The translations under genes were made by a program, and so were the position numbers. A stretch of DNA of 63,451 nt, the filler included, from Sluysia triapertura (taxonomy: Eukaryota): the NCBI GenBank assembly GCA_046118255.1. It is 5 parts of 5 records of this genome, joined end to end, with 100 filler letters (N's around TTAATTAATTAA, not from the genome) between each part and the next. Parts side by side here need not be neighbours in the genome. Positions count along the whole stretch, not along the records: positions 36,807 to 51,914 come from JBJNIA010239105.1; 4 more parts are not named here. One strand, given 5' to 3'. Below are positions 36,864 through 51,499 of the stretch, piece after piece. The first letter of the stretch is position 1, and each line of letters begins with the position of its first letter. The notes below the pieces were generated by a model. That model worked only from the letters and a program-made list of their open reading frames with translations, ran no database searches and was not told where the DNA came from.

Positions 36864-39800
36864 GTTATGCATATGTAACCAAATCCAAATATATAAGTAT
36901 TATATTTTTCCTTTGCATTTTTAGTTAAGATACTTGAAACTTAATAATTAAAATCCTGAAACATTTGAATATTTTAAATTATTATAAACTGTTATAAATC
37001 TCTTTAATAATTTTTAGTAATTGTTTATTTTATATTATTTTGAAAAATTCTTACTTCTATTTTTTGTAATTTATTTTTGTTTGCTCAACTTTGATTTTCA
37101 TTCATATTTTTAAAAACAATGAATTTGTAAAATTAATTTTATTCTTTAACGCTTTAATTCTTTTTTCTTCTTTTCCCATTTTTAAAATTAATATTGCCAT
37201 TGGAATATAACAGACATTTAAATAATGTTGCTTTATATTCTACCTTATAATTTAATAAATTTTGCCAATTTTCTCTCGTTAAATCTAAGAGTTTCAATAA
37301 TTCATCACACTTTTTAATCATTTTTATATTATACTTCTTATTTTTAATTATTTCGTTCATTTGATTATTACCTTGAAAAAAAGTAACTTTAAATAGTATG
37401 AATGATATTTTCTGATAGTGTATGATGTAATAGTGAATCTAAAGTGAATGAGTTAAAGACTTTTGAAGAAAAATCGATGTAGTACGAATTCTTTTCAGAC
37501 AGAACTTACAAAAATTACAAATTGTTCATAATTATTGAATGTTAACGTATAAGTTTTGACAATAAAAAGATTTAACTTGCATGCCTGATAAGTTAATGTT
37601 AACGTGCGCCTCTTCACTATCAAAATTACTTTAAAATATGTTTTTAAATTTACACAATACAATCTTGAATAAAGTAACGTTAATATTAATTAGAGTAAAT
37701 TTATTCTTAACTATTTTATCATAATATCGAATTACACATCGTATTTTATTTTTTGAATAATTAAAAGTACAATCTCCCACATTTATTTTTAAAGAAAATC
37801 ATTTGTAAAATTCATAATTTTATAAAATAACGTAGATAATATTTTACTAACAAGGTACATTAAAAACTGAACTCGTTAATACCAAATTTATTTGAAAAAT
37901 TCTAAACTATTTTCTCGTTAGACTTATGTAATTCAAAAAAGTTATTTCAATATTAAAATTAATTAATTATCGTCTCTAATTATTATATCAATTAAATTTA
38001 TAACTTGTGATAATTGTGTTATTATTATTATTATAAATCGAAAAATACATAAATTTCCTTCGAATATCTATTTTTATATGATACTGCTTTCTTTCTTTAA
38101 TTCTTCTAGATATTTTAAAATTGTGGAAACAAAAAGAACTTGTGGTATTGAGGCTTTTATTTGTACACTTCTTGAATGCTGTTTTAAAATAGTTTTTAAA
38201 TGTATGTTTGGTATTTTGAAATAAAATCTTGTTTCAAGCTGAAAGTGTACTGAAATGTAATATTTATGATAACTTTTGGATGTTGATTAATATTTTTAAG
38301 TGGAAGTAAGAGGGATAAGTATGAGAATGTTAAATCTTTAAGATGATTAGAAAGTTTATGTGGTTGAAATTAAATTGTTTAAGATGAAAGAATGCAAAAA
38401 TAAAATATTTCGAATGAATTTTTAATGTACTTTGATGATTTAAAACGTTATTTTGATTTGTGTATTGTGAGGTGTCGAATAAATATTTTCAATGGATGGC
38501 TTAATGTGATTTGATGTTATTCTTTGCTATGAAATTGTCAGTTTGAAATACTTTGAAAAGTGAATATTTATTTTAATGTTTAGGAAGATAAATAAGATAT
38601 AAAAACGATTGTGGTGAATTTTGTAAGATTATTATTATATGTTGTTGAAAATATGGTTTTCGTTATGTTGCATTAGTTTTTAAATGGATTAAAAGGTGTG
38701 TGATGTATACGTGAAAGTTTATAAGATTTTAATATGCTAGAATTTTTATAAAATTCATTAGAACTAGTGGATTGGCCACCACAAATTGTTTCTGAAATAA
38801 TAAGTGAAAAAACTATAAGTAAAATTTTCTGTTAATGTATCTATCTTCTATAAAATCACATTCAATATTAACATAATCTTAGCAAAGATTTGAACAAGTC
38901 TTTCTGATAATGGTGTGATGTACAGATAATTTATTACAATTAAATATATTTTAGTAACATAAAAATAATTAATTATAAATAAGCACAATTTTTCAATTAG
39001 CATTTAATTGATGGAACATCAACTTCACTTTTAAAATCATTTTTGTATTGAATTTTTGTGTTCTTGAATCATTATTCTCTTTTAATGATTCAACTTTAGT
39101 TGATGAATCCATAGACAAATGGATTAATGTAATTAATTTTAAAATTTTCAACTATTGTATTAAAACTTATATTATAAAATGAAAACAATGACGTAGTTAA
39201 TTCATAATATAGTAAAATAATTTAGTTTCATATTGAATGTAAGTTTTCCCTTTTTTAAAAAATATCTGCAATATCTAAATTTGCTTAGAATATTTATTAT
39301 AACATGATTTAGTAATATTTTATTTTTCATTAAATCTTTTAAAATATTTTTGCCAGCTTTTAATTTATTAATACTTGTCAAAATATCTACACACAAAATT
39401 ATTTTTGTATGGGTTCGCCAACACTGCATGATTTATATTTCTGTGAAAAGACGTACCTCTAGGATTTTGAGATCAATCTGCTATTTTCTTGAAGCAAGAT
39501 TTTCTTCTAACAGATCAGTACAAATAAATTTTATTATTGATCCTTAACAATTTCAGATTGAAGGCAGCCAATTATATCCACAAAAAGAAAACCGAAAATT
39601 TATTAACTTTATTATTCGAACGAGATAAAACTGTTAATCATTAAACCACTATAAATTAAATATATCCTCTAAAATTACACTGATCTTTCCTCTTATTAAA
39701 TTTACTAAAATAAAGGCTAAACAGAATTTTCTACGTCTTAAACTGATACTATAAACTAATTATGTTCCAAAATTTCAATAATTCAAAAAACAAAACGAGA

Positions 39801-41942
39801 AAAACTTATTAATATGAAAATTTTATTATAAATTTTATTATAAACATAAAAAGATTATTTTACCAATCTTTTTTAACAATCTTTTACTTTCTCTAATGCT
39901 CATTAATGAAACTTTAATAAATATTTATGAAATTTGAGTAGGATTTTATACCTTACATAAATAAGGAAAACTTAAGTGAATAAAAACTTACAAAATCCGG
40001 ATCGAATGTGTGTTGATGACTTTTCTATTATGCGCCAAAAATTCCACGAATAATAATACTTTGTAAATCGATTCGTTATTTATTTTGTGATGAAACATTT
40101 TTCTTATTTATATTCATCAAAAATGCCATCCATTAAAATTTTAGAATAAATGAAAAAACTTTTTAAAATATTAAAAAATCCATTAACTAAGTGGGAAATA
40201 CATTAAACATCCATTAAATTATTATTATTATTATTATTCAATTAATTTTCAGATAAATTTAGTTAAATAAAAGAAAAATCCATTAAATTAATATCTTTTC
40301 CATTAATGCATAATTAAAACTTGCTTTTCTAAAAATATTTGTATTTTATTTTCTAATTAAAAATGTTTTAATTCAGTTAAAAATATTTACAATGTTAATT
40401 ATAACATTTTTATTAACATTATTATAATAATTTTAGCTGCCAATAAATTTTCCATACATCATATTTTAATAAATCAGTTGATGGGATCTATTTTTTATAT
40501 GGTTAATCTTATGATAATAATAATTCTTAATATTTTATTGTGTTTCATAAACAACCAATCATTTTGCTGCGTTCTTTTCTAAAATCGTTCCTTTTAAATA
40601 AAGTTTAACATTTATGAATACTTGTGTGGATTTAAAATATTTTCAACTTCTGTCTTCTAATTCAATTTTGAAAAATAATTTCAAATGATTTTGCAACCTT
40701 TGAAATGCAATATCAACAGATTTAAACAGATTTATTCATTAAAACCAGAAGTTGGTTCTAAACTTAATTTAGACTTTCAAAATTTATGATTTCCACTTTT
40801 TTAATTAATTTTTAAAAACTGTTTTATGGATATTTTAAACTTATTAACGAATATTTCATGTTAGTGGATTACGTTGAAAATAGTTTTAAATTAAAGAGCA
40901 CTTCGAAAACAACTGCTAAAGTTCCATTAACATTTCTAATTCTTGCTCTTTCAACACAATTAAAAATCTTTATAAAATCAATTGATAAATTTAATCCATA
41001 AAATGGATTATAAAAATCATATGGTACAAGAACGACTTTTGTGATTTATCTTCTCTTTTGGGTTTGATTTATGCTTTTTCTTATTCCTTTTGATATTATA
41101 CCGAGAGATTCTGAAGTTGAGCAATAAAATTAGCAGTCTCGTAATAAAAATAGTACATTGTTGATTTAAATTCTTTGGCTTGTAAATATGGAATATTTAT
41201 TTGTTGATTATTGAACTTTAGTTAAAATATAATTTTTGATTGTTTTAGTTATCAATTTCTTTTTTTTTAATTGTACACAAAAAATGCGCATCAAAATTAT
41301 TTTGTAAACATCAAATGAAAAGTGTTTATTGTTTTGAAGCAACAAAAGAAGTTCGGTTTTAATTGGTAATTTCTACTTTAAACTTTGTTTTTTTTGTTTC
41401 AATTAATTTTAGATTTTATTTTTAATTTTGTTTAAGTTTAAAGTTTATTTAGTGAGATAAATTAGTTAGCATTAAAATAGAATTCATGTCATTCACGTAA
41501 TTATAAAATAATTATTTAATATTCATCAATTACATTATTATAAAATTGTACAATGTGAAGTAAATACAATATTTAAAAAAATATAGAAAATCATTATTTA
41601 TTTATTTTAATTTTTTACTTTTGTCTAAATAAATTTATTTGAAAATATAAATAAAACTAAAAAATTAAACACGATTTAATAAAATCGTTAATTAACTAAT
41701 AAAATAAATAAATTAAAAACGTAAATAGATGATAATAAATATAAGTATTTATTATGCAAAATCATAAAATTATTAATAATAACAATAATTATATTAATAA
41801 TAATCCTATATCAGTATCAAACAATTAAAATTCTATTTTAAACAAACAGCAAAAGTAAACCACTTAGTACAAAAGATGAAACTACAACATAAACAATAGC
41901 CAGAGAAAGAAACAATGCAAAAGAAAACAATTTCCTTTCAAT

Positions 41943-42089
41943 NNNNNNNNNNNNNNNNNNNNNNNNNNNNNNNNNNNNNNNNNNNNNNNNNNNNNNNNNN
42001 NNNNNNNNNNNNNNNNNNNNNNNNNNNNNNNNNNNNNNNNNNNNNNNNNNNNNNNNNNNNNNNNNNNNNNNNNNNNNNNNNNNNNNNNN
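41943..42089. other. Sized scaffold gap (147 N, no spacer core)
   Basis: Plain N run, different in type from the 100-nt spacers. Confidence 0.95.
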
Positions 42090-45000
42090 ATATAATTTAA
42101 TCTACAGTAATAATACCTTTATTAAACAATGCTTAAACCATTTTCAATAAAAACCAATTTAATAGTATTTGTGGAGTTTATTTAATTATGTAGAAATAAT
42201 ATTCATACAATAATAAACATATATTAGGCATAACAATTATAAATACTGTTATTATTGCTGTTTTAGTGGAAAAAGATGTTCTTATTGAAAAAATGAGCTT
42301 TCTGATTTTATAGAGTCAAAATCAAGAACATCTATTTTAAATTTAATTTTACATGAACAAAATAAAATTTTATTCTAACAATGTTAAAAATAAAATAATC
42401 AATTTATCATGCAGTTCTCATTTTTAATTAATAAAATTCAAATTTAATAATTAAATTAAAAATAAAAATTTTTACTTATATAAATTTAATTTAAATTAAT
42501 TTTAATTTAATTACTTTTAATTTAAATTTTGAATTAAATTTAGATGAATTGAAATTAATGAATATAATTTGCCAAATTTTAATTTTCTTTAAAATAAAAA
42601 TATTTCAAAAGTGAAACATTTTTTCAAGAATAAACATTTAATAATTTCTAAAATAATTTACAACAATCAATTGAGCATGACCGCACTGAGGAAGATTAGT
42701 TTATTATTATGAATTTAGTAGTAGTTTAGTACGAACACATCTTTAGAGAATCTGATTGGTTAAACCTTGTCGAGGGATTTGTTTTATTGAGTGCTGTTTA
42801 TTATGTTTTGATAACTAATAATAATCATTCAAGTTTGAGTAAAAAGGGAATAAATTAAATTATTAATCATTAGTTTTCTATGTCTGTTTCTAAAAAACTT
42901 AAATTTTATATCTGTAATTTCTATTGCCATTTGAGGTAGTACAATTTTGTAATGATTAAATAATGTTTTGTAAATATTGTTGAAATAATTCGAAAATAAA
43001 ACATTTTAATAATGATTTAAATGAAATATCGGTAGACACTAAAATATTGAATTAGAGATAATATGGCTATAGTGGAGACATTATATGATGAAAATTGAAT
43101 AATGAAAAATAGTTTATAAGCATCAGAAACTTAAATACAAACACACAAGCACTAATTGGACACTTTGTATACATTAAAGATTTTCATTGGAGATTCAATG
43201 TTGGAGAAAAATAATCAACAACAAAATTTAATAAAACTATTTATTTTACATTATAAATTGTATTATCATAAATAAATAGAAATATTTACGTATAAAATAC
43301 GGGGATATGAATTTTATGAATTTTATGCTGAAAGTAAATCCTGTAAATCTTGGTAAATAATGAATTTTATTTGCCAAAAAAGTTTTCAATTTCTTTAAAT
43401 ATTAAAATAAAAAAAATGAATTTTATAAAATAATCGAAAATAAAATTGTTTATTATGATGTTTATAGTAATTGTTTATAGTATTTGTTTATAGTATTTGT
43501 CAAAATTTAGGTAATGATATCTTTGGTACTTTATTAAAAATTGACATTTCTTTTATTTTATGAAAAGTTTAATTGAAAAAGCTTTTGTAATGTTTTAAGT
43601 TTCATTAATTTGTTATTAATGAAAATTTTAAATTATCGTAACACTTTTAAAAGGTTATTAATTATTTTTACTAAATTATTTAAATTAAATTATATAATTT
43701 TAAAATTAAATTATTTTTAATGCTAATTCTTTTTATTATTTTAAATTTTTAACAATTTATTTCGCAATTTAATTTAAATTTTCAGTCCATTTTATTTGTT
43801 CTATTTATATTATTTTTGATTTTCGTAGGAATGATTTATTAAATTTTAATAACAAACGTGTGTCAGGTCGATTATATTTAAATTATATTTAAATTATTAT
43901 ATTTAAAATTTCATTAATCTTAAATTATAACGTTTAATCTAAGATCTTTGTAAATTTACAATATTCTAAGTTAATGTTGTGGGATTCGGGAGATATGTTT
44001 CGAAATGTGTTTAAGTTAAGATTTCATGTATGTATTGTTTATGATTTAACAAAATCGTAGGAAAATACTAAAATTTAATTTAATTAATTTTTAAATAATA
44101 ATTTTAACAATATTATTAAAAACGTTTAATAAATTAATATATTAAATTGACTATGTTGACTCAATTTAATGTATGAAATAAATGTTTTACTTATATTTTG
44201 AAATCTATGAGTATCATATCGTAAGATGTTAAAATAAAAATAATAATAATTAATTAATAAGAAGAATATGACCAGGCGGAGAAAGTATTAGGGGTAGATT
44301 TGGACCATAAAGCAAAATATTAAAGAAGCGATGAATGAAAGTGAACAAATGAAAGTTTTTGGAAAAAAACATGATACTCATAATAGATGAAGATTTTAAA
44401 AATAAAAAATACAGAAAATTAATTAGTATATTCAATGCAAAAACGTAAATATTCAACTGCAGTGACATGTTATTTACAATTTCAACTTTTAGTTTTTATT
44501 CAGTTGTGTTTAATAATTACGTTGCAGTTACTTAATTAAAATCTTTGTGAAACATAATATTCGGACAGAAAAAGCATGAAAGAATATCTGAAATAATCTT
44601 CATATTTTTTGGTGTTATTTGCTATATAAAATAGAATTACATAAATAAAGGACTTTTGATACATAGAAGAAAGAAAGATTTCTCTAAATTATTGTTTTTA
44701 ATAAGGATAGTTAATTTAAATTAATCATAATAAATAATTAATAATTAATTTAATTTAAATAATAAATAATATTGAAATAACGTAATTTCTGCACATTAAT
44801 AATACATTCAAATCAAATGTATTCTACAAACTTTATGGTTTGAGGTCAATTATATCGGTATGAAATTTCCGAATACCGAATACATTGAAAAATCTGTAAA
44901 AACACAAAAAATCTGTAAATGACAACAGACAATCAAATACCCTATGGACATTCTGAACAGCTGAATGCATATCCTAATGGCACGTCATTTTACTCTTCTG

Positions 45001-45233
45001 TTGCAATTTATCGCCCTAATATTCATTATTATTCCAAGCTATTATCGATAATCCCAGTTATTAGTATATTGGTCATACTTTCATAAATAATTTGATCAAC
45101 AATAAAATAAATCCTAAGTTATGTCCACTGAAACTAACCAATGAGATATCTCAAAGCTCATATCCCTGCTAAATCATATTTTCGAAATGATGTTTTAGCG
45201 TGGTCATATTATATCATTTACACACAAGCACAT

Positions 45234-45800
45234 GCATAATCAAACCACAACTTGGACTTATTTCAAAATAAAACTAAAGAACATCAACATTTAGAACTGA
45301 CTTAAATCGTATATTCTTCCTAATAAAACTCAATCTCACTAATTACTAAAATTTTAAAACTGCCGAGTAAAGTTAAAATATTAATCATGTGAAATAACAT
45401 TATTTGATTCTAACGTTTACGAACAATTTTATTGCTTTGTTTCTTAGTTGGAAATAATTATTTGAAATATTTTTTGACAAAAGACCACGTTATCTTATTA
45501 TTTCTCCGATTGTGCAGATAATAAAAAAGGTAAATCATAAATAATAAAATTGGACACACAGAATAATAAACATGATGACGACATAGTGACAACAACAATT
45601 TGTTAACAGATATAATTATAATGTTCGTAAACGTTATTGTTGCACATCTTTAATATTTTAACTTTACTCGGCAGTTTTAAAATTTTAGTAATTTGTGAGA
45701 ATGAGTTTTATTAAAAAGAATATAAGATTTAATGCAGTTCTAAATGTTGATGTTCTTTAGTTTTATTTTGAAATTAGTTCTAGTTGAAATTTGGGTATGC
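45234..45800. mobile_element. Long-TIR foldback/MITE-like element (~180-190 bp arms, ~195 bp spacer)
   Basis: 45234-45425 is the reverse complement of 45622-45800, e.g. tttcaaaataaaactaaagaacatcaacatttagaactg, ttactaaaattttaaaactgccgagtaaagttaaaatatta and taacgtttacgaaca. Confidence 0.85.
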
Positions 45801-46981
45801 CATATAATAGCGGTAAGAGTCCCAGATAATTGTTGTATTCAATAATTTTTATGATACATCAACATTAATTTATTACATGTTATTTCTTTATTACATTCTC
45901 ATTATTATTGACTTTATTTGTATAATAAAATAATAAATAATTAAAACAAAACAAAATAAAGAATTAAAACATATCAGGGTAAAATAATCAAAGTATTCTC
46001 TTAAATAAATAAACTGTGGTTAATTGAATTTAAAAAAAAATTACATAGATGTTTCCAGGAAATTATTATTTAATATTGATTATTTAAAGAAGCGTCTGAT
46101 AATTGTTAATTTTGTTCTTTTGTTAAACTAAGAAAAAATTATCATAAATAAACAATATTAATAATTTAAATAAGTTTCTTTTGTTTTTGTTTTTTTTCAG
46201 ATAGCTTTATTTAAATAATTTATTAGTTTTTTGTATAAATATATTTTTGTGGTGTTTGTCACATCAGTAAAAAGTGATATATTGCAATAATTAAATAAAT
46301 ATATTAATAACAAATTAATATTGGAATTTTATTAAAATTAAATAAATTTTTATTAAATATAAAAATTTATGTTTTGTTTTATGTTTTATTTAAGTTATTT
46401 TTAATGAAATTTTTATTCACCAAAATCAATAATTATTATTTAATTAATATAATTATTATATTTTACAGTATGTGAATTTTACTTCCAATAGTTTCATTTA
46501 GTAAATATTACAAATAATAATATAAATAATTTATACTGTCTCACAGTTAAAAAAGATAAAAATAAAAAGTTTAAATTATTTCCATTTATTCTAACATTCT
46601 TATTAAATATACATTTAATAATAATAATAATAAATATAATAATAATAATGTCTGAATAAAAATGTATTTTTCTTTAAATAAAATATTAAAGAAAGTAAAT
46701 GATTTTGGATTGTTTTAAAATAAAGAAAATATAAAAACAAACATAAAATATTTGTTTTATGTATTAAATTCAAAGAAAGTTGTAGCTTAGTAATTCTAAT
46801 CGAAAATATGGCTTTGTATCCTAAATTTAGTGACGTATTAACTAAATTTAAACATATCTACTTGATAAAATGTTTTTTCCCAGAAATTTTATTTAATTAC
46901 AATATAAAGAAAATGGATTTTTTTTGAGTAAAAATAATTTTAACATAAAATTTTAAAATTTAAAATCATAAATGATAATTT

Positions 46982-47040
<59 letters not shown>

Positions 47041-48223
47041 TGAAAGTTTATGTATAACTTATTATTCAAAAGATCAATTACTAGAAGATCTGTATCAGAA
47101 ACATAATAATGATTTAATTTAAGCACTTTTCAGTGATTATTTTATAATAGATATTGGCGCTGTATAAATTAATTTATTATTATTATTAAATTATAGAAAA
47201 ATATTTTTATATTTAGGTAGAAGTTTAACTTCATTACCTATTCTGAAATATGAGCTCTGAAGTAGACCAAATGTGGCATTATTTCTTACGATATCTGATG
47301 TCTAATCCTAATTTAACAAATCAATTGAAAATTATTGACTCATTTTCCATAATATTCCACCTTAATATATATACATTCTAACTTACATATTCTGCATTAA
47401 ATAATAAAACTACTAAAACAAAACACAAATATTATGCAAGAAAAATACGATAAATATTTAATAAATGTATTTGTCAGTCAAACTTGAAATCAAATAATGA
47501 ATTCAAACATTGCAGCAGCAAGGCAGAACAAACAAACAAAAATAAAACAATATTTATTAAGAAATTTGAATAAATGCTTTTGAATAAATATTTGTAGAAT
47601 ATTTAAAGATAAATAAACATTTGTTATAAATAAAATAAACAATAATTTTTAAGTAGACTTATTGTTTACGAAATGATAAATGTATTTGTGTAATTGAAAT
47701 TGATTAAGGTTTAGCATAAATTAATTTATAAATTTTACAACTCAAATAATGCGCTTTGTTAATTATTTGATTTTATTTTACTGAATAACTTATTTAAAAA
47801 TATCTAAAAAAAGTGAACTATTTTCTATAATTAATGTTTTTCCATATCATTTTACAATATGTACTATGATTATAGTCTTAAAGATTTCAGATGTGTTCTT
47901 TTTTAAGTTTGTAATTTTAATGACGTTATATAGATTTAAAATTTTCAATAAACTAAATTATATTAAAAATATAAAATATATAAATATTCGGTTTTTGCAT
48001 AAAACAAAAATGCAAATTAATTTAATTTTTAATGTTTAAGTTCATAATACCAACAAAATAAAAATACCAAATATGTACTTAAGGGAAAGATAGTGAATTT
48101 AGATGACTTTTAATTGCTTTATCAATTATACGAGTTATATCGTAGTACGTTTTTGCGATAAAGTGTTTGTGACAACGCCAAATATCAATATCCGTGTAAT
48201 GGGGTGTGTTAGACTTCATAAAA

Positions 48224-48296
48224 TGGACTGATCGGGGATCGAACCCGGAACCATCGTCTGCGCAGTCCGACTGCTCTACCACTGAGCTATCAGCCC
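48224..48296 (-). pseudogene. tRNA-Ala-like module (pseudo-tRNA or repeat-embedded)
   Basis: GGGCTGA TA GCTC AGTGGTA GAGC...CCGGG TTCGATC CCCGA TCAGTCC A. Paired acceptor stem with G3:U70 and A73, intact A/B boxes, TTTT just downstream, but a non-canonical anticodon arm. Confidence 0.7.
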
Positions 48297-48863
48297 CGTC
48301 TAACGATTTCATTTTCAATATATTCAATTATACTACTTGGCACTTTTTAGGCCTTTTACCACAACATAAGTACTTGTAAAATAAAACTTAACCTTGCTGT
48401 AATTTTGTTGATCGTTTAAATTGATAAAATTTAAAATATTTTGAAAATATTTACAAATTAATTAATTATTACTAGAAAGAAAAAATAAAATTATTATTAC
48501 ATTCTCTTTTCAATATTACAAAAATTTCTTAGAAAGCCTACATATTGAAATTGTGTTAAAATTTTCATTCCTTATCCAAATATATTGAAGTTCAATTCGT
48601 TATAAATTCGAGAATATTGTAGGATACATTAGAGATAATAATGTGGGATTTACGCCTAGTTTAGTTGAGAGGGCGTAAAATTATTAAAAGTAATTCATTA
48701 AATAGGCGCTTAAGGTACCTGATGAACTTTCGACATTTTTCTTGCAACATGATTAACAAAGTCAAATAACACTGACTAAAATTTATTGCATTAAACTTAA
48801 CAACATATCGATCTAATAAAATCATATTGTTACAAGAACAAGAATGAAGCCCTTGGCACACAG

Positions 48864-49394
48864 CTAGTGCCGTAAATATATACACAATTGAATGAACAAA
48901 AAAATAAAATTAAAAAATAAAAATAAAAGAATAATAATACATATAAAAGTTTTGGTAAAATTGTCCTTTGTCTGCGTTCTTTTCATGATTAAATAGATGT
49001 CTATTTCAATCTCTGGCATTGGTGAATCGTGGAGTAAAATATATGGTAGGCTGGTACCATATATGCGCAGCCTTATCTCAACTAATGTTCTAGGGCTAAA
49101 TACAAAATCGTTTTCCTTGCTTCGTCTTTCTCATCGAAGGTTCTTGTTATGACTAAACGGTACTTCGTGCTCAGAGTGTAACTTCTCGAGATATGGTTTG
49201 AAATTACGAAGAAAGCTTGATTCAAGATATACATAGGTTTCATCGGAAACAAATCTTTCTGTAAATATACGGTCGATTCTATCTTTAAGGCCGGCTTTGA
49301 AATAACTCTTAAACTTAATGTCATCCAGCATTCTTTGGATTGCAATAATTTTTTTGCGTAAAAATTGATTCACATAATGAGCTCTATCCAGCAA
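48864..49394 (-). other. Unidentified coding-like stretch: 177 codons with one internal TGA
   Basis: The 49131-49394 ORF frame stays open beyond the TGA (ERRSKENDFVFSPRTLVEIRLRIYGTSLPYILLHDSPMPEIEIDIYLIMKR...) to a TAG at 48864-48866; locally raised GC. Confidence 0.3.
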
Positions 49395-51481
49395 AATTGA
49401 ATTTTTAAAAATTTTAAAGAAATTTTACATAAAAATAATATAAACAGCAATTGTAGAAAATGATTAAAGTATAAAAAATGATTTAAAATATAAATTATTA
49501 AAGATATAAAGATGATTAAAATATAAAACTATATAATTTACTAATTATTCTATGTAGTAATATGATTTTTATTTCAAGTAATACTTGACTGAATGTTAAA
49601 ACACAATTTCTCATTAAATTTATTAAATTATTCTTCATTTCCTTCTTTTCTTTTTTTCAGAAGCAGAAACACTGGGAACACAAATATCTTTTGCAATTCC
49701 TTCTTCTATATCAATTAACTTACAATGCTGCAGCTCATTCTGCAAAAAAGTCCTTTTCGATTTCATGTATTTCTGGCTTTTATTTTCTTTAAGAAAGTCA
49801 CAAACAATGTATAGAAAATTGAAAACGATAAATATAGAGATAATGCTTAATTTAGGGAAGACAATGATAATATGTTAGCGCATATAGTTAGTATTGCGTA
49901 CTGATATTAAGTAAATTTAGAATTTTAAATTAGATTAAAGTCTTAAAATATTTAAGTCTGTAAGTGTGAATTTTATTAAAAGGGTAAATGAAGTTTACAA
50001 TGAACCTAGTCGTTGATGTCTGGTGGTTATGTATTTGGAATAAATTGAAGTTGAAGTTTAATTTTTTGTGTGGGATGGCATGAACACTACACCTAGGTTA
50101 TGTTATATAAAATCTTCTAATTATAATTCTGTAGGAAGGAGACGGTCTTTAATCATGTTAGTTGACTAAACGCCTGTGACAAAATTATATAGTTGCAAAT
50201 TTTTAAAATTGATCATTTTTTATATAAAAACCGATTCTACAATTCGGTAGTAAAGTTACTTTTTACAAGATCCTTTTTAACTTTGACCGTATTTAAAATA
50301 TTATTATGTACAGTATTGATTATTTAATTTGACTGTTCATGGACTTTGTGATTAAATTTGATTTGATTATAACTTTGTGATTATTTTTAAATAACAGAAT
50401 ATTGATTCTAAATTTTATTAACAGATTGTGATAATTTTATTAATAATTTTAATATTTGGAAAACTTTATTCAACTTATTCAATTTTTGGAAATTTTATAA
50501 TAATGGACATGATTAAGGTATTTTGTAATTATTTTATTGAATTTTAATAATATGTATGTAATTATTTTTTAATTATTAAAATTATTGAATTTTAATAATA
50601 TGTAATTTATTCTAAAATTAAAATTATTGATTCTAAAATTATTAAATTTTAATATTTGTTTTAATATTTTAATGTTTTGATTTGTTTTAGTCTGACCAAT
50701 GTCAGAATAAAACAGGTATTTAAAAACTAACATTTTTACGTTAATCACACAACACGACAACAACAAAAATTTTGAAAATTCATTACAAGAATTCTTTTAA
50801 AAAATTACCATTGCGTATACAAGTAAGGATTCTATTCAAAACCGAAGTATCGGATCAATTCAAATTATAAGGATCGTTACACAAAATAATTTTAGTATTG
50901 GCGTTAGTTTAATTGTTTATAAGTTTTTTTATATCAATTTATATCACACGCAAAATATAACTTAATATATATTTTGTTACAATTTGGATCTTATAAAGAT
51001 CTATAGAAAAATCCTCAATAAATTTAAATTAAATGTAATTAACTAATAATAGTTAATAAAAGTATATTTTTATTTTTATTATTATTCATTACCTGTGCAT
51101 AAGATTTACATACCTGTAGAGAATAAAGAGATTTTTGTATTATTATCGTTTTTAACTTAAATAGTTTTAAAATAAACTAAAATTCCATTATTTATGGTTT
51201 TCAAAAAATCTAGAATTTAATTCTAGAAGGTAAACTTCTATCTATTGATTCAATATAAGAGAATCATTCGTAAAATACATCAATAAATTCAAATTAATCT
51301 AAAAACTCGAATTAAAATTATATATCTACCTTCAGACAACCAAAAACCTTAACTTTTACTTTACATTTATCTTATAAAAATCAAACGGCTGGCCTTAACA
51401 AGTAAGTCAAGTACGTTGGTGGACTCACGTCTTTAACTTCATTTCATTTATTCAATCACACTTTTCTCACATAGAATAAAC

Positions 51482-51499
51482 TGGTGCCCAGAGTGAGGA
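51482..51499 (+). mobile_element. Candidate LTR-retrotransposon primer-binding site (elongator tRNA-Met-like)
   Basis: TGGTGCCCAGAGTGAGGA resembles the complement of the 3' end of animal elongator tRNA-Met (TGGTGCCCCGTGTGAGGA). Preceded by AATAAA; followed by a C-poor AAGAATT-rich leader running into the block end. Confidence 0.5.

Noticed and set aside
38760-39550. hAT- or MULE-like motifs (LVDESID, SFHRNIN)
   Set aside because: Motifs fall on conflicting strands and in conflicting order; cannot assign.
44268-44312. GGESI (cyclophilin-like) or EKVLG (BEL/Pao-like) peptide
   Set aside because: Too short and bounded by stops.
48224-48296. Functional decoding tRNA gene
   Set aside because: The anticodon arm cannot form a canonical stem-loop, and the second copy lacks the 5' acceptor strand.
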